Below, in pieces: positions 20,681-29,921 of a DNA stretch of 64,000 nt. Position 1 is the first letter of the stretch. The number at the start of each line of letters is the position of its first letter. Both the position numbers and the translations under genes were made by a program. The notes beneath the pieces are model-generated. The model was given only the letters and a program-made list of their open reading frames with translations. It was not told where the DNA came from and searched no databases. Source of the stretch: Candidatus Bathyarchaeota archaeon (GTDB taxonomy: Archaea > Thermoproteota > Bathyarchaeia > TCS64); the NCBI GenBank assembly GCA_963771885.1, contig CAVYVF010000023.1, positions 352,001 through 416,000 on the forward strand, in the 5' to 3' direction.

Positions 20681-21676
20681 ATGAATATGGTGAAGGTATA
20701 TCACGAGAAGGACATAGACGACAAAGTTCTGAAGGGCAAGACCGTCGCCGTCATCGGCTATGGAAGCCAGGGCAGGGCTCAAGCCCTTAACATGAAGGAC
20801 AGCGGGGTCGACGTCGTGGTCGGCCTCCGCCCCGGAGGTAAGAGTTGGAAGAAGGCCGAGGCTGACGGCGTCAAGGTGACGACAGTCCTCGAAGCGGCGC
20901 AGGAGGGCGACATCGTGCTGATGCTCGTCCCCGATATGGCGCAGCCGACCGTTTGGAAGGAGGAGGTCGCCCTCGCGATGAAGAAGGGTAAGACCCTCCA
21001 GTTTGCCCACGGCTTCAACATCCTCTACGGCGCCATCAAGCCGCCGAAGGACGTCGACGTCATCATGGTCGCGCCGAAGAGCCCAGGCGCCGAGCTGCGC
21101 CGCCAATACGAGGCGGGCTTCGGAGTGCCGGCGCTTGTCAGCGTCCAGCAGGACGCCTCGGGCAAGGCGCTACAGACAGCGCTTGCCATCGCTAAGGCGC
21201 TGGGGAGCGGAAAGGCGGGCGTCCTCGAGACCTCGTTCAAGGATGAGACCGAGGAGGACCTATTCGGCGAGCAAGCTGTCCTCTGCGGAGGCGCCGACCA
21301 GCTGATCAGGCGCGGTTTCAAGGTGCTCGTGGACGCCGGCTATCCACCGGAGCTCGCGTACTTCGAGGTCTGCAACGAGCTCAAGCTCATCGTCGACCTG
21401 ATCTATACATCGGGTATCGGTGGCATGTACCGTGCAGTCTCCGACACGGCGAAGTGGGGCGGACTCACTGTCGGCCCGGTGATCGTCGATGACCGCGTCG
21501 AGGAGAACATGAGGAAAGTGCTCAAGGACGTCCAGAGCGGCAAGTTCGCGAAGGCGTGGATGCAGGAGTACAAGGACGGCTCCAAGCACTTCAAAGCCCT
21601 CATGGATGAGGTCGACGGGCTCGAGATCGAGAAGGTTGGCAAGCAGATCAGGAAGATGAGCGGGCTCGAGAAGTAG
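20681..21676 (+). CDS. ilvC: Ketol-acid reductoisomerase
   Basis: IGYGSQG, FAHGFNI, MVAPKSPG and DLFGEQAVLCGG. Confidence 0.96.
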   Translation: MNMVKVYHEKDIDDKVLKGKTVAVIGYGSQGRAQALNMKDSGVDVVVGLRPGGKSWKKAEADGVKVTTVLEAAQEGDIVLMLVPDMAQPTVWKEEVALAMKKGKTLQFAHGFNILYGAIKPPKDVDVIMVAPKSPGAELRRQYEAGFGVPALVSVQQDASGKALQTALAIAKALGSGKAGVLETSFKDETEEDLFGEQAVLCGGADQLIRRGFKVLVDAGYPPELAYFEVCNELKLIVDLIYTSGIGGMYRAVSDTAKWGGLTVGPVIVDDRVEENMRKVLKDVQSGKFAKAWMQEYKDGSKHFKALMDEVDGLEIEKVGKQIRKMSGLEK

Positions 21677-21985
21677 CATACTCTTCTTGAATCGTTTAAT
21701 TGTCTCAGAAATTTCCTTTTTCTGTACTACTACTAGTTACGCCGTACCCTGCTACTAGGTACAACGTTTTTTTCCCCTTTTTTGTCGCGGTGACTGGGGC
21801 GGGCTTGGTGTTAGCGGGGGAGGGGTTTTTGTTGCCATTCGTCGTGGGTGGTAATTTTTTCCCTGCTATACTTGATAAGGAAAAAACTATTTTTACTGTA
21901 ACTGGGAGCAGGGTTTTATACTCTTCGCAGGGCTGCTTATCCTTATTATTACCGTAAGTCTTAGGAGCATTTGTGGTAAGGGCAT

Positions 21986-22609
21986 TTGGATTTCTATGAA
22001 GCGATAGACCGGAGGCGGAGCGTAAGGGAGTTCCAGTCGAGGCCCGTTGAGGAGGAAAAGATTCGGAGGATCCTGGAGGCGGGGCTCAAGGCCCCCTCGA
22101 ACAACCACCTGAGGCAGTGGGAGTTCATCCTCGTCCGGGATCCCGAGCAGAGGGAGAGGGTCGCGGAGCTGGTCTCGAAGGGGAAGAACATTTCGAACGA
22201 GATGGAGCTCGAGAAAGCACTCCATAACTGGTCGGATGAGACGCAGAGGGAGATGTATCGCAAGGCTCTGCCGGTCCAGGTGGAGATGCTGGTGAGCCCG
22301 CCCGAGCTCCTCGTCATCTGTTACAGGCTGAGGAAGCCTCTGAAGGAATGCGAGATATTGTACGACCTCAACGACTTGGCTTCAGTATGGATGTGCATCG
22401 AGAACCTTTTGCTTGCGATGGCGGCGGAGGGGCTATACGGGGTCACCGCCGTGCCCCGCGAGACGGCTGTACTCAAGAGGGTGCTGGGCGTGCCAGAGGG
22501 TTATGAGGTGGCGGCAGCGATCCCGATAGGCTACCCCTTGGACTACTCCGTGAAGCAGAACGCCGTGTACCTCGAGAAGAAGCTGCACATCGATAGATGG
22601 GTTTCCTAG
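21986..22609 (+). CDS. Nitroreductase family protein
   Basis: RRSVREF, APSNNHLRQWEFILV and ENLLLA..AEGL. Confidence 0.88.
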   Translation: MDFYEAIDRRRSVREFQSRPVEEEKIRRILEAGLKAPSNNHLRQWEFILVRDPEQRERVAELVSKGKNISNEMELEKALHNWSDETQREMYRKALPVQVEMLVSPPELLVICYRLRKPLKECEILYDLNDLASVWMCIENLLLAMAAEGLYGVTAVPRETAVLKRVLGVPEGYEVAAAIPIGYPLDYSVKQNAVYLEKKLHIDRWVS

Positions 22610-22646
22610 GCATCGGTTATATCTGGATTGGCTTGTGTGTGTATCC

Positions 22647-23294
22647 ATGCCTGAAAGGGGTCTCCACGCGGAGCTGAAGGAGTGGCTGCGTGAGCCGGGG
22701 GACCTCGTTGAGGGCACTGTCTGGGGCTACCGGGCGGACATCATCCGGGGCGACCTGCTCATCGAGATCCAGACGGGAAACTTTCCCCAGATCAGGGCGA
22801 AGCTAACGAAGCTGCTCAAGGGGTACCGCGTCAGGCTCGTCCATCCCGTCCCGGAGAGACGCTGGATCATTCGGGACGTCGACGGCAGGAGGCAGCGCCG
22901 CGTCTCGCCGCGCGTCGGCCGCGTCGAGGAGGTCTTCAACGAGCTCGTCTACTGCCCCACCCTTCCCCTTGACCCAAACTTCTCCCTGGAGGTGTTGATG
23001 GTCCATGCCGAGGAGGCGCAGGCTGTCAGGTGGAGGGGAAAAAGGAGGACACGCTACACAGTCACCGAGAGGCACTTCGTCAAGGTCGTGGGCAGGGAGG
23101 TCTTTGAGAAGCCCGTAGATTACCTTCGGTTGATCCCCAACATGCACGGCGCCTTCACGGCGCGCCAGCTCAGCAAAGCGTCCAAACTCAGGATCACACT
23201 CGCCCGCCGCATGGTCTACTGTCTATCCAAGATGGGTGTTATAGAAGAGGTCGGTAGTGTCGCTAGGGCGAAGCTATATCGCGTGAAGCCTTAG
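22647..23294 (+). CDS. Predicted PD-(D/E)xK nuclease-fold protein with C-terminal HTH
   Basis: LHAELK, ADIIRGDLLIEIQT and a C-terminal wHTH-like FTARQLSK...ARRMVYCL.KMGVI. Confidence 0.6.
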   Translation: MPERGLHAELKEWLREPGDLVEGTVWGYRADIIRGDLLIEIQTGNFPQIRAKLTKLLKGYRVRLVHPVPERRWIIRDVDGRRQRRVSPRVGRVEEVFNELVYCPTLPLDPNFSLEVLMVHAEEAQAVRWRGKRRTRYTVTERHFVKVVGREVFEKPVDYLRLIPNMHGAFTARQLSKASKLRITLARRMVYCLSKMGVIEEVGSVARAKLYRVKP

Positions 23295-24547
23295 CGGGGT
23301 ATGTCTAGGTGGTCGATGGGTGCTTCGTATGGGCCGAGGCTGCTCTTCTGTTTGACTAGTATGGTCTTGTCTAACGTTTTCGGGTGTTTGCCGTCAAGCT
23401 CGTCGCGGAGCCAGTCGGCGATATAAGGGTATATCTCGATGCCGCCGATGCCCTCCCGGAGACTGATGCGGTGGAACTCGTTCTCGAGGACCCAGAGCTC
23501 CTTGGGGCACTTGAGCTCCTTGAAGAAGTCTTCGGCTGCCTCTAGGTGACAGAGGGGGTCATACTCGCCCATCGTAAGTAGGGTTGGGCACTTGATCCTC
23601 TCGGCGAAGCCCGCGGTGTCCATCTTCTCAGCCATCGCGTCGAAGTCGGCCTCGTCGGTCTGCCCCGCCATGTACATGAACATCTGCTTGAAGCGGGGCG
23701 ACGCTTCGCCGAAGATGGCTTTCTTGGGACCGACGACGGCGTATGTGGTCGCGAGGGCGCGGACGCGCTTGTCGACCGCCGCTACGCGTACTCCCCAGTG
23801 GCAGCCGAAGCTGATACCAACGATAACGATGTTGTCGGGGTCGACCTCGGGGCGGGAGACGAGCCAGTCGATAGCCGCTGATGCGGCGCGCTCGTAGTTG
23901 TCAGCGGTGACCCTGATCTTGCGGAGGTTGCTTATGCCCTGCCCAGGGCCGTCGATGCTGAGTACGTGGAAGCCCCTCCTGGCGAAGGAGTTGGCGAGGG
24001 GGTTGGGGATCGCCTCCTTAGTCATGTCCATGCCGGGGAGGAAGAGGATCGCCGGCGCCCTCCGCCTGTCCCTCAGGAGGTGCCACCTGCCCTGGATCTG
24101 GGCTCTCTCCCAGGGTATCTCCACCTTTTCGACGGGGTAGTCGGCGTACTGCGCTACCTTGTCGGCGCATTCTACGTGCTTCCCATGGAGGAAAATCTTC
24201 TCAGTGTTGTCGTCCTCGAAGATGCTGTGCTGCGCCTCGTGGTAGACTGCCTGTGCGCGACGGTACAGCTGGCGAGCCGTGTCGGTGTGCCCCGCCGCTT
24301 CCGCCGCCTTGGCGATGCCCTCGATGTGGCTCGCCTCCTTGTATAGGACACGCGGTATCATCCTGTACGACTTGACCTCGGGGGGTAGGTCCCTCTCGTC
24401 GTTGGCGAGGTTCTGCACCCTCCCTGAAGTCTTCACAATCCAGTCCAGCACCCACTGCTGGTCGTCCCTCTTGAGCTTAGGTCTAGTCAATTCTATCGGG
24501 GCATAAGCGCCTCGCCCCCGTGAAGAAACTTTCGACGCCTCCGACAT
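23291..24547 (-). CDS. Alpha/beta hydrolase (FrsA / pseudooxynicotine-hydrolase-like)
   Basis: PGMDMTKE, DGPGQG, nucleophile GISFG, GEYDPL and EFH. Confidence 0.85.
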   Translation of the reverse strand: MSEASKVSSRGRGAYAPIELTRPKLKRDDQQWVLDWIVKTSGRVQNLANDERDLPPEVKSYRMIPRVLYKEASHIEGIAKAAEAAGHTDTARQLYRRAQAVYHEAQHSIFEDDNTEKIFLHGKHVECADKVAQYADYPVEKVEIPWERAQIQGRWHLLRDRRRAPAILFLPGMDMTKEAIPNPLANSFARRGFHVLSIDGPGQGISNLRKIRVTADNYERAASAAIDWLVSRPEVDPDNIVIVGISFGCHWGVRVAAVDKRVRALATTYAVVGPKKAIFGEASPRFKQMFMYMAGQTDEADFDAMAEKMDTAGFAERIKCPTLLTMGEYDPLCHLEAAEDFFKELKCPKELWVLENEFHRISLREGIGGIEIYPYIADWLRDELDGKHPKTLDKTILVKQKSSLGPYEAPIDHLDIPR

Positions 24548-24778
24548 AGGCTTAAAACCCCTCGACTACAGCCCCCTCAGTTCGGCGAGGTATTTCGAGC
24601 CCATGACGGCGCTGCTCACCCCCCTCGGCTACGAGCAGGGGAGGGGGACAGGCATAGGCTTCAGGATAACCGAGGCCTAGTTGCCCCTTTTGCGACATTC
24701 TACACCTTTTCCACGACATCTATGCCGCTAAATTAATAATGGGCACGTCTCACCGGGAGAAGCATCGAAGGGTACTAT

Positions 24779-25756
24779 ATGGTCAGCAGATACACGGCAG
24801 CCATCGTCCAGTATATGCGCGTAAACCCCGAGGAGATCCCGGACATTAACGAGAGGAAGAAGGTCAACCTCGCCAAGGTCCTCGCCTGCTTCCAGAGTCT
24901 CGAGACGTGGGAGGAGACGATCCCGGTGAAGCTCACCGTCTTCCCCGAGAACATCCTCCGCCACGAGTACGACGAGGCGGATCCCAAGCAGGACCAGAAG
25001 GCGAGGGTCGCCTCGGCGATCGAGATGCCCGGGCCTGAGACGGACGCCATCGCGGGCATGGCGAAGAAGTGGAGCACCTACATCTCCGCGTCGCTGCATG
25101 AGCGGGACCCCGAGTTCCCCGACTACTACTTCAACACCGCATTCATCATGAACCCAAAGGGCAAGATAATCCTCAAATACAGAAAGGTCAACCCGTGGAT
25201 TCCCCTCGAGCTGACGACGAGCCCCCATGACGTGCTTGATGACTACAAGGCGCCCCTCTTCCCCGTGGCGAAGACGGAGCTCGGCAACCTAGCCTGCATG
25301 GTATGTTACGACCAGTTCTTCCCCGAGGTGGCGAGGCAACTTGCCTTCAACGGCGCCGAGGTCATCCTAAAACCCACCGTCTTTCCCCCATACCCGCAGG
25401 AGCTCATGTTCGAACCATACGACTGGTACACGGTCGTGAACAAGATGAGGAGTATTGAGAACATGGTCTATGGCGTCAACGCGAATGAGGCCAAGTACGG
25501 CAATAGCATGATAGTCGACTTCATGGGCAGGACCATCGCTGTCGCCGCGAAGGGGCGTCAGATGACGATAGGCGCAGTCATCGACGTCGATGAACTCCGC
25601 GATTACCGCAAGACGACGAAGCTCCACAACCCCCTCCAGCAGAGCCGAAGCGAGTGCTACACCTACCTCCAGAAGCCGATGTGGCCGAAGAACAAGCCCC
25701 TGCTCAGGAAGGTCGATTACCCGGCGTGGGCGCCGAAGCCCGATTTTTACAAGTAA
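24779..25756 (+). CDS. Nitrilase-related carbon-nitrogen hydrolase
   Basis: Catalytic triad FPE / YRK / VCYD. Confidence 0.88.
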   Translation: MVSRYTAAIVQYMRVNPEEIPDINERKKVNLAKVLACFQSLETWEETIPVKLTVFPENILRHEYDEADPKQDQKARVASAIEMPGPETDAIAGMAKKWSTYISASLHERDPEFPDYYFNTAFIMNPKGKIILKYRKVNPWIPLELTTSPHDVLDDYKAPLFPVAKTELGNLACMVCYDQFFPEVARQLAFNGAEVILKPTVFPPYPQELMFEPYDWYTVVNKMRSIENMVYGVNANEAKYGNSMIVDFMGRTIAVAAKGRQMTIGAVIDVDELRDYRKTTKLHNPLQQSRSECYTYLQKPMWPKNKPLLRKVDYPAWAPKPDFYK

Positions 25757-25795
25757 GGCGCAGGCTAGATAAGGCATAGAGCCGCCTTCATTCCT

Positions 25796-26515
25796 ATGAC
25801 AGACGTCCTCGCACGCGTCAAGTGGGGCGCACCCGCGCTTAGCCTCCTCGCCGATGCTAAGCGGCTCGCGCCGGGGAAGCCGGCGATCATCCACATCCGC
25901 CACACAGAGCGCCCCGGGGTTACGGGGCCGAACAGCAACATGCTCCTCTCGACGCCGAACGGTAAAGCGGCCGCCATCGAGTTCGGCGAGAACTTGCCCG
26001 CGGAGAGGAGTTACCGTCTCTACTATACAGCCGTCAGCCGCTCAAAGGAGTCGGCGCAATCCATAATCGAGGGGATCAGGAGCAGCAATGGGAAAGCGGA
26101 GATCGTTGGTGAGTTCCCATTCCGCACATCATTCGACCCGCAGGCCCTCGATGACTATATTGACCGCGTGATTAAGAAGTGCGGGGACGAGGACGCCGCC
26201 GTGGCGGAGATGATGAACAGGTGGCTCTCGGGCCTCGCGCCGCCGGACGTGTTCCGCCCCAGCGACGAGTTCGCCAGGCTTGTCGCAGACTACGCCATCG
26301 CTCGCCTCGACACCGCGACGCCGGACACAGTCGACGTATATGTGACCCACGACACGTGGGTTGGTTCATGCCTCTTCCACTGGTTCGGGATACCGATGCC
26401 TCTGGACGGCGTCAGGTTCCTTGACGGCTACCTGCTGCAGCCCCTCGACAGGGAGATGGCTGTGTGGTTCAGGGGCAAGGCGATGAGGATTGAGTACCCC
26501 CACTGGTGGGCTTAG
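25796..26515 (+). CDS. Histidine phosphatase family protein
   Basis: IRHTER and VTHD motifs. Confidence 0.75.
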   Translation: MTDVLARVKWGAPALSLLADAKRLAPGKPAIIHIRHTERPGVTGPNSNMLLSTPNGKAAAIEFGENLPAERSYRLYYTAVSRSKESAQSIIEGIRSSNGKAEIVGEFPFRTSFDPQALDDYIDRVIKKCGDEDAAVAEMMNRWLSGLAPPDVFRPSDEFARLVADYAIARLDTATPDTVDVYVTHDTWVGSCLFHWFGIPMPLDGVRFLDGYLLQPLDREMAVWFRGKAMRIEYPHWWA

Positions 26516-27219
26516 AGACCCTTCCTCAGCGCCTCGACGTCGGATGGCGGGTAGCCCGAGTAGAACTTGCTGAAGTAGCCGTAGGCGTCACGCCCCTCTC
26601 CGAGGTGTCTTTTCACCTTCCCCGCCCACTCGGCGGTCTCCGCCGCCTTGTCCACCTGCACCTCCCCCCTCTCGGCGACCACCGCCTTCCTATCTCCTTC
26701 CCAGCGGAAGTAGGCGAAGCCCGCCGTATCCACCTTGGGCGCCTCCGCCCTGTTTGTCGAGGCGAGGGCGACGCCGTGGTCGCGCAGCAGCTTGTACGTC
26801 TCCTCTGAGAACCAGCCCCGGTTCCTGAATTCGGCGGCGACCAGGCGCTTCCTCGGCAGGGCTTCGAGCAGGTCGTTGAGGGCTTTGTACTCGGGCTTGA
26901 GGAAGGGCGGGAACTGTAGGAGGAGTGGCCCCAGCTTGTTGCCCATCACCTCCATGTGGCGGAGGAAGACGTAGAGCCTCTCAGCGTCGTATCTGAGGCC
27001 GGGAACATGAGTCACGGTCTGGGGGAACTTGGCTGCGAACCTGAACTCCTCGGGTACCGAGTCTCTCCACGCCTCGATGGTGAAGACGCTTGGTATCCTG
27101 TAGAACGTGGCGTCTATCTCGACCGAGTTCATAGTCTTCGCGTACTCGGCGAGGTACCTCGTCGGCTTCGTGCCTTCGGGGTAGAGTTTGCCTACCCAGA
27201 ACCTGTAGCTCCACCCCAT
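26512..27219 (-). CDS. DUF72 (YecE-like) protein; true start uncertain
   Basis: GWSY..W.G..YP, SVEIDATFY, LLLQFPP and EFRN..W. Conserved N-terminus (AYLGT) lies upstream of the ATG. Confidence 0.88.
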   Translation of the reverse strand: MGWSYRFWVGKLYPEGTKPTRYLAEYAKTMNSVEIDATFYRIPSVFTIEAWRDSVPEEFRFAAKFPQTVTHVPGLRYDAERLYVFLRHMEVMGNKLGPLLLQFPPFLKPEYKALNDLLEALPRKRLVAAEFRNRGWFSEETYKLLRDHGVALASTNRAEAPKVDTAGFAYFRWEGDRKAVVAERGEVQVDKAAETAEWAGKVKRHLGEGRDAYGYFSKFYSGYPPSDVEALRKGL

Positions 27220-27233
27220 CGTGCCGAGGTAGG

Positions 27234-28625
27234 CTACTCCCGGCGCTTGAAGAGGAGCCAGTTCTTCTCACCAGCCTTAGTGAAGTGGACGAGCTCGTAG
27301 CCGCCCCTGAGACGCTCCCCGTGGATGACTATGGAGACCTTCTCCGGCGTCCACTCGACGGTCTCGTAGGTGCCCCTGTCCCAAATCTTGACGGTGCCCG
27401 CACCGTACTCACCCTTCGGGATCTCTCCCTCGAAGCCACCATAGTCTAGGGGGTGATCCTCCACAGCGACGGCGAGGCGCCTCTCCCCCGACTTCTCGGG
27501 CGGCCCCTTCGGCACCGCCCAGCTCTTCAGCGCACCGTCCCGCTCCAACCTGAAGTCCCAGTGCAGGTGGCTCGCGTGGTGCTCCTGGACGACATACATG
27601 TTTCCCTTCAGTTTCGTGCCTTCGCCGACGGGCTCGGGGCTCTTCGAGAAGTTCCTCTTAGAATTGTACTCTTCGAGGGTCAAGGGCTTCACCTGCGATA
27701 GTGTGCAGTCGCGGGGGGTTTTATCGGTTCTCAGTCTGATGAACCGGGGGGCACGCAGGCGGTCGTCGTCGGTTAGGTTCTGGTAACCGACCTCGGCGAC
27801 GACGCTTGGTTTGAGCCATGTGGAGTACGCGGGGATGTCTGGGGCGTCGACCTGTTTCTCCTGCGTCTCGTATGGGCGGAAGGCGGCGATCAACTCGCGG
27901 AGCTTCTTCTCAGTGAAACCCGTACCCACCCTGCCAACGAAGGTCAGCTTATCCCCTTCGTAGAGCCCGAGTAGCAGCGCCCCGAAGGAGTCCGCCCTGT
28001 TACCCGTCCCCCTCGTGTAACCAACGACGACGCAGTCCGCCGTCTTCACCCTCTTCACCTTTAGCCATTCCTTGCTCCTCTCCCCCGGGCGGTAGAGGCT
28101 GCGTAGCTTCTTAGCGACGACGCCTTCTAGCCCTTTCGCGGCGGCCGCCTCGTAGTAGGCCTCCCCCTTCTCCTCGACGTAGCTTGAGACGACGACATGC
28201 TCCCCGTCCCGGAGCGATTCTCTGAGTATCTTCTTACGCTCGTTCAGTGGCTTCGAGGTTAGGGGTTTTCCGTCCTTTTCGAGTATGTCGAAGACGACGT
28301 ATGTGCTCGGCGTCTCCCTTGCCTCCCTTTCTATGTCGCGGGGCTTGGACGCCTGCACCCGCTTAGCGACCGCTTGGAAATCAGGGCGCCCGCCCTTCAT
28401 GACGATAATCTCGCCGTCGACGACGACGTTCGACGCCAGCTTGGTGAGCTCGGCGAGTTCGGGAAACTTCATCGTGATGTCGTTGTCATTCCTACTAAGT
28501 ATCTGTAGTTTCTCGCCGATGTGGGCTATGGCGCGTATGCCGTCCCACTTTACCTCGAAGAGCCATCCACCCCGGCTAAAGGGGGCGTCGGCGGGCTCCG
28601 CGAGCATCGGCTGGTACTTCATCAC
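27234..28625 (-). CDS. ligD: NHEJ ATP-dependent DNA ligase fused to a C-terminal 3'-phosphoesterase (PE) domain
   Basis: PMLA, EVKWDGIR, DGEI, FDILE, EGVVAK, WLKVK and an OB fold, then LEEYNSKRNF..SPEP, VVQEHHASHLHWDFRLE, SWAVPKG, EDHPLDY and GAG.V.IWDRG. Confidence 0.93.
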   Translation of the reverse strand: MMKYQPMLAEPADAPFSRGGWLFEVKWDGIRAIAHIGEKLQILSRNDNDITMKFPELAELTKLASNVVVDGEIIVMKGGRPDFQAVAKRVQASKPRDIEREARETPSTYVVFDILEKDGKPLTSKPLNERKKILRESLRDGEHVVVSSYVEEKGEAYYEAAAAKGLEGVVAKKLRSLYRPGERSKEWLKVKRVKTADCVVVGYTRGTGNRADSFGALLLGLYEGDKLTFVGRVGTGFTEKKLRELIAAFRPYETQEKQVDAPDIPAYSTWLKPSVVAEVGYQNLTDDDRLRAPRFIRLRTDKTPRDCTLSQVKPLTLEEYNSKRNFSKSPEPVGEGTKLKGNMYVVQEHHASHLHWDFRLERDGALKSWAVPKGPPEKSGERRLAVAVEDHPLDYGGFEGEIPKGEYGAGTVKIWDRGTYETVEWTPEKVSIVIHGERLRGGYELVHFTKAGEKNWLLFKRRE

Positions 28626-29416
28626 TTCTTCATCTGCGCCAGTGTCTGCTCTAAGGCTACCATCAGTTCCTTGACCTCCTCCTTCTTCTCGGGTTTTTCG
28701 ACGTGGATAGTCTCGCCTTTGAGCTTCTTCTTGATCAGCTTCTCAACGTTCTCGCGGTAGGTGTCCTTGTACTCGGTTATGTCGAATTCGCCAGTAAGGT
28801 TATCAAGTATCTTGTAGGCGAGCTCCAGTTCCTTCTTGCTCGGCTGCTTCAGCTCCTTCAGGTCCTTGACCGTCATCGGCTCTATGACCTCGTTTGGGTA
28901 GCGTAGCGTCGTGAGTATGAGGGCGCCTTTGTAGCTGTGTATAAGGACGGGGTACTCCTTCGTACGCATTGTGTAGCGCCCCACCCCCGCCATGCCTTTC
29001 TTCTCCAAAGCTGAGTAGAGGAGCCCGTAGGCGTCCACGCTCTTGTCGGGGCCGAGGATGTAACTGCTAAGGAAGTAGAGGGGATCGACGCCCAAGTACT
29101 GGACGAACTTGTCAATCTTAATGCGGCGGTCGGACTCGGGGCGTATGGCGTCGAGCTCCTCCTTCGTGAAGGTGACGAACTCCCCCTTCTCAACCTCGTA
29201 GCCGCGTGCCACGTCCGACCATTCCACGACCTCGTTGTCGTAGGTGCAGACCCTCTGGTACCTCAGCGGACACCCGTCCTTCTTACGTAGGAAGTGGAAG
29301 CTGTAGCTCTTGTCCCTGATCATCGTGTATAGCTTCACGGGCACGTTCACGAGCCCGATGCTTATCATGCCACTCCAAAAGCTCCGTCCGGCTGGCGCCT
29401 GCTCCTCATCGCTCAA
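28622..29416 (-). CDS. ku: Ku DNA end-binding protein (core only)
   Basis: RSFWSGMISIGLVNVPVKLY, V.RGYE, TLRYPNEV, FD..EYKD.Y and LM.AL. Start placed at TTG 29416, about 30 nt after a TATA-like GTTAAA. Confidence 0.93.
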   Translation of the reverse strand: MSDEEQAPAGRSFWSGMISIGLVNVPVKLYTMIRDKSYSFHFLRKKDGCPLRYQRVCTYDNEVVEWSDVARGYEVEKGEFVTFTKEELDAIRPESDRRIKIDKFVQYLGVDPLYFLSSYILGPDKSVDAYGLLYSALEKKGMAGVGRYTMRTKEYPVLIHSYKGALILTTLRYPNEVIEPMTVKDLKELKQPSKKELELAYKILDNLTGEFDITEYKDTYRENVEKLIKKKLKGETIHVEKPEKKEEVKELMVALEQTLAQMKK

Positions 29417-29460
29417 TGGTAACCCCGGTTTGAACCTCGGAAGCCATGAGTTTAACCTTT

Positions 29461-29673
29461 TCACACAATGAAACTGAATAGGGTATTTGTCCGCCCCATC
29501 GCGAATGAGAAGATTACGAGCCCAGAGAGTATTATTGCGACTACATCCATCAGTGTCTGGTACCTCGCGTCTAACTTGCTGAACCACCGCCACCAGATGA
29601 ACCAGGAGAAGACAAACGCTAGCAACACGAAGATCGAAATGTCGCTAACGTCGATGAATATTGTGTCACTCAC
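29461..29673 (-). CDS. Small two-TM membrane protein
   Basis: 70 aa with two hydrophobic segments; BRE/TATA-like AAAACCGTTAAAG upstream. Confidence 0.5.
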   Translation of the reverse strand: MSDTIFIDVSDISIFVLLAFVFSWFIWWRWFSKLDARYQTLMDVVAIILSGLVIFSFAMGRTNTLFSFIV

Positions 29674-29921
29674 CGGGTGTCAAGCTGGTTCTTAGAACTC
29701 GCCGCTTTAACGGTTTTCTTTGCTTTGGGAAATTATTGGGTGTGTTATTTGGGATGGGTTATCAGCCGCCGTTCACTCGGACCTCTGAAGGCGTGGAAGC
29801 GTGAAGAAGCCGACGAAGGAGCAACTGAAGAAGGGATGCGTCATCTGCGTGAAGTTGATGACGGGTGACTATCACGGCGCGGTCATTGACCTTAGCCACG
29901 ATGCAGGCTTCTTTGACAAGC

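Noticed and set aside
21690..21960. T/G-skewed intergenic region with short ORFs and a GTACC/GGTAC stem
   Set aside because: No convincing coding signal, repeat unit or extended structure; probably terminator/promoter DNA
29417..29593. N-terminal extension of Ku
   Set aside because: Overlaps another ORF and the promoter-like element, and has no Ku similarity
29677..29868. 63-aa plus-strand ORF
   Set aside because: Overlaps the promoter of the opposite ORF and has no recognisable motif
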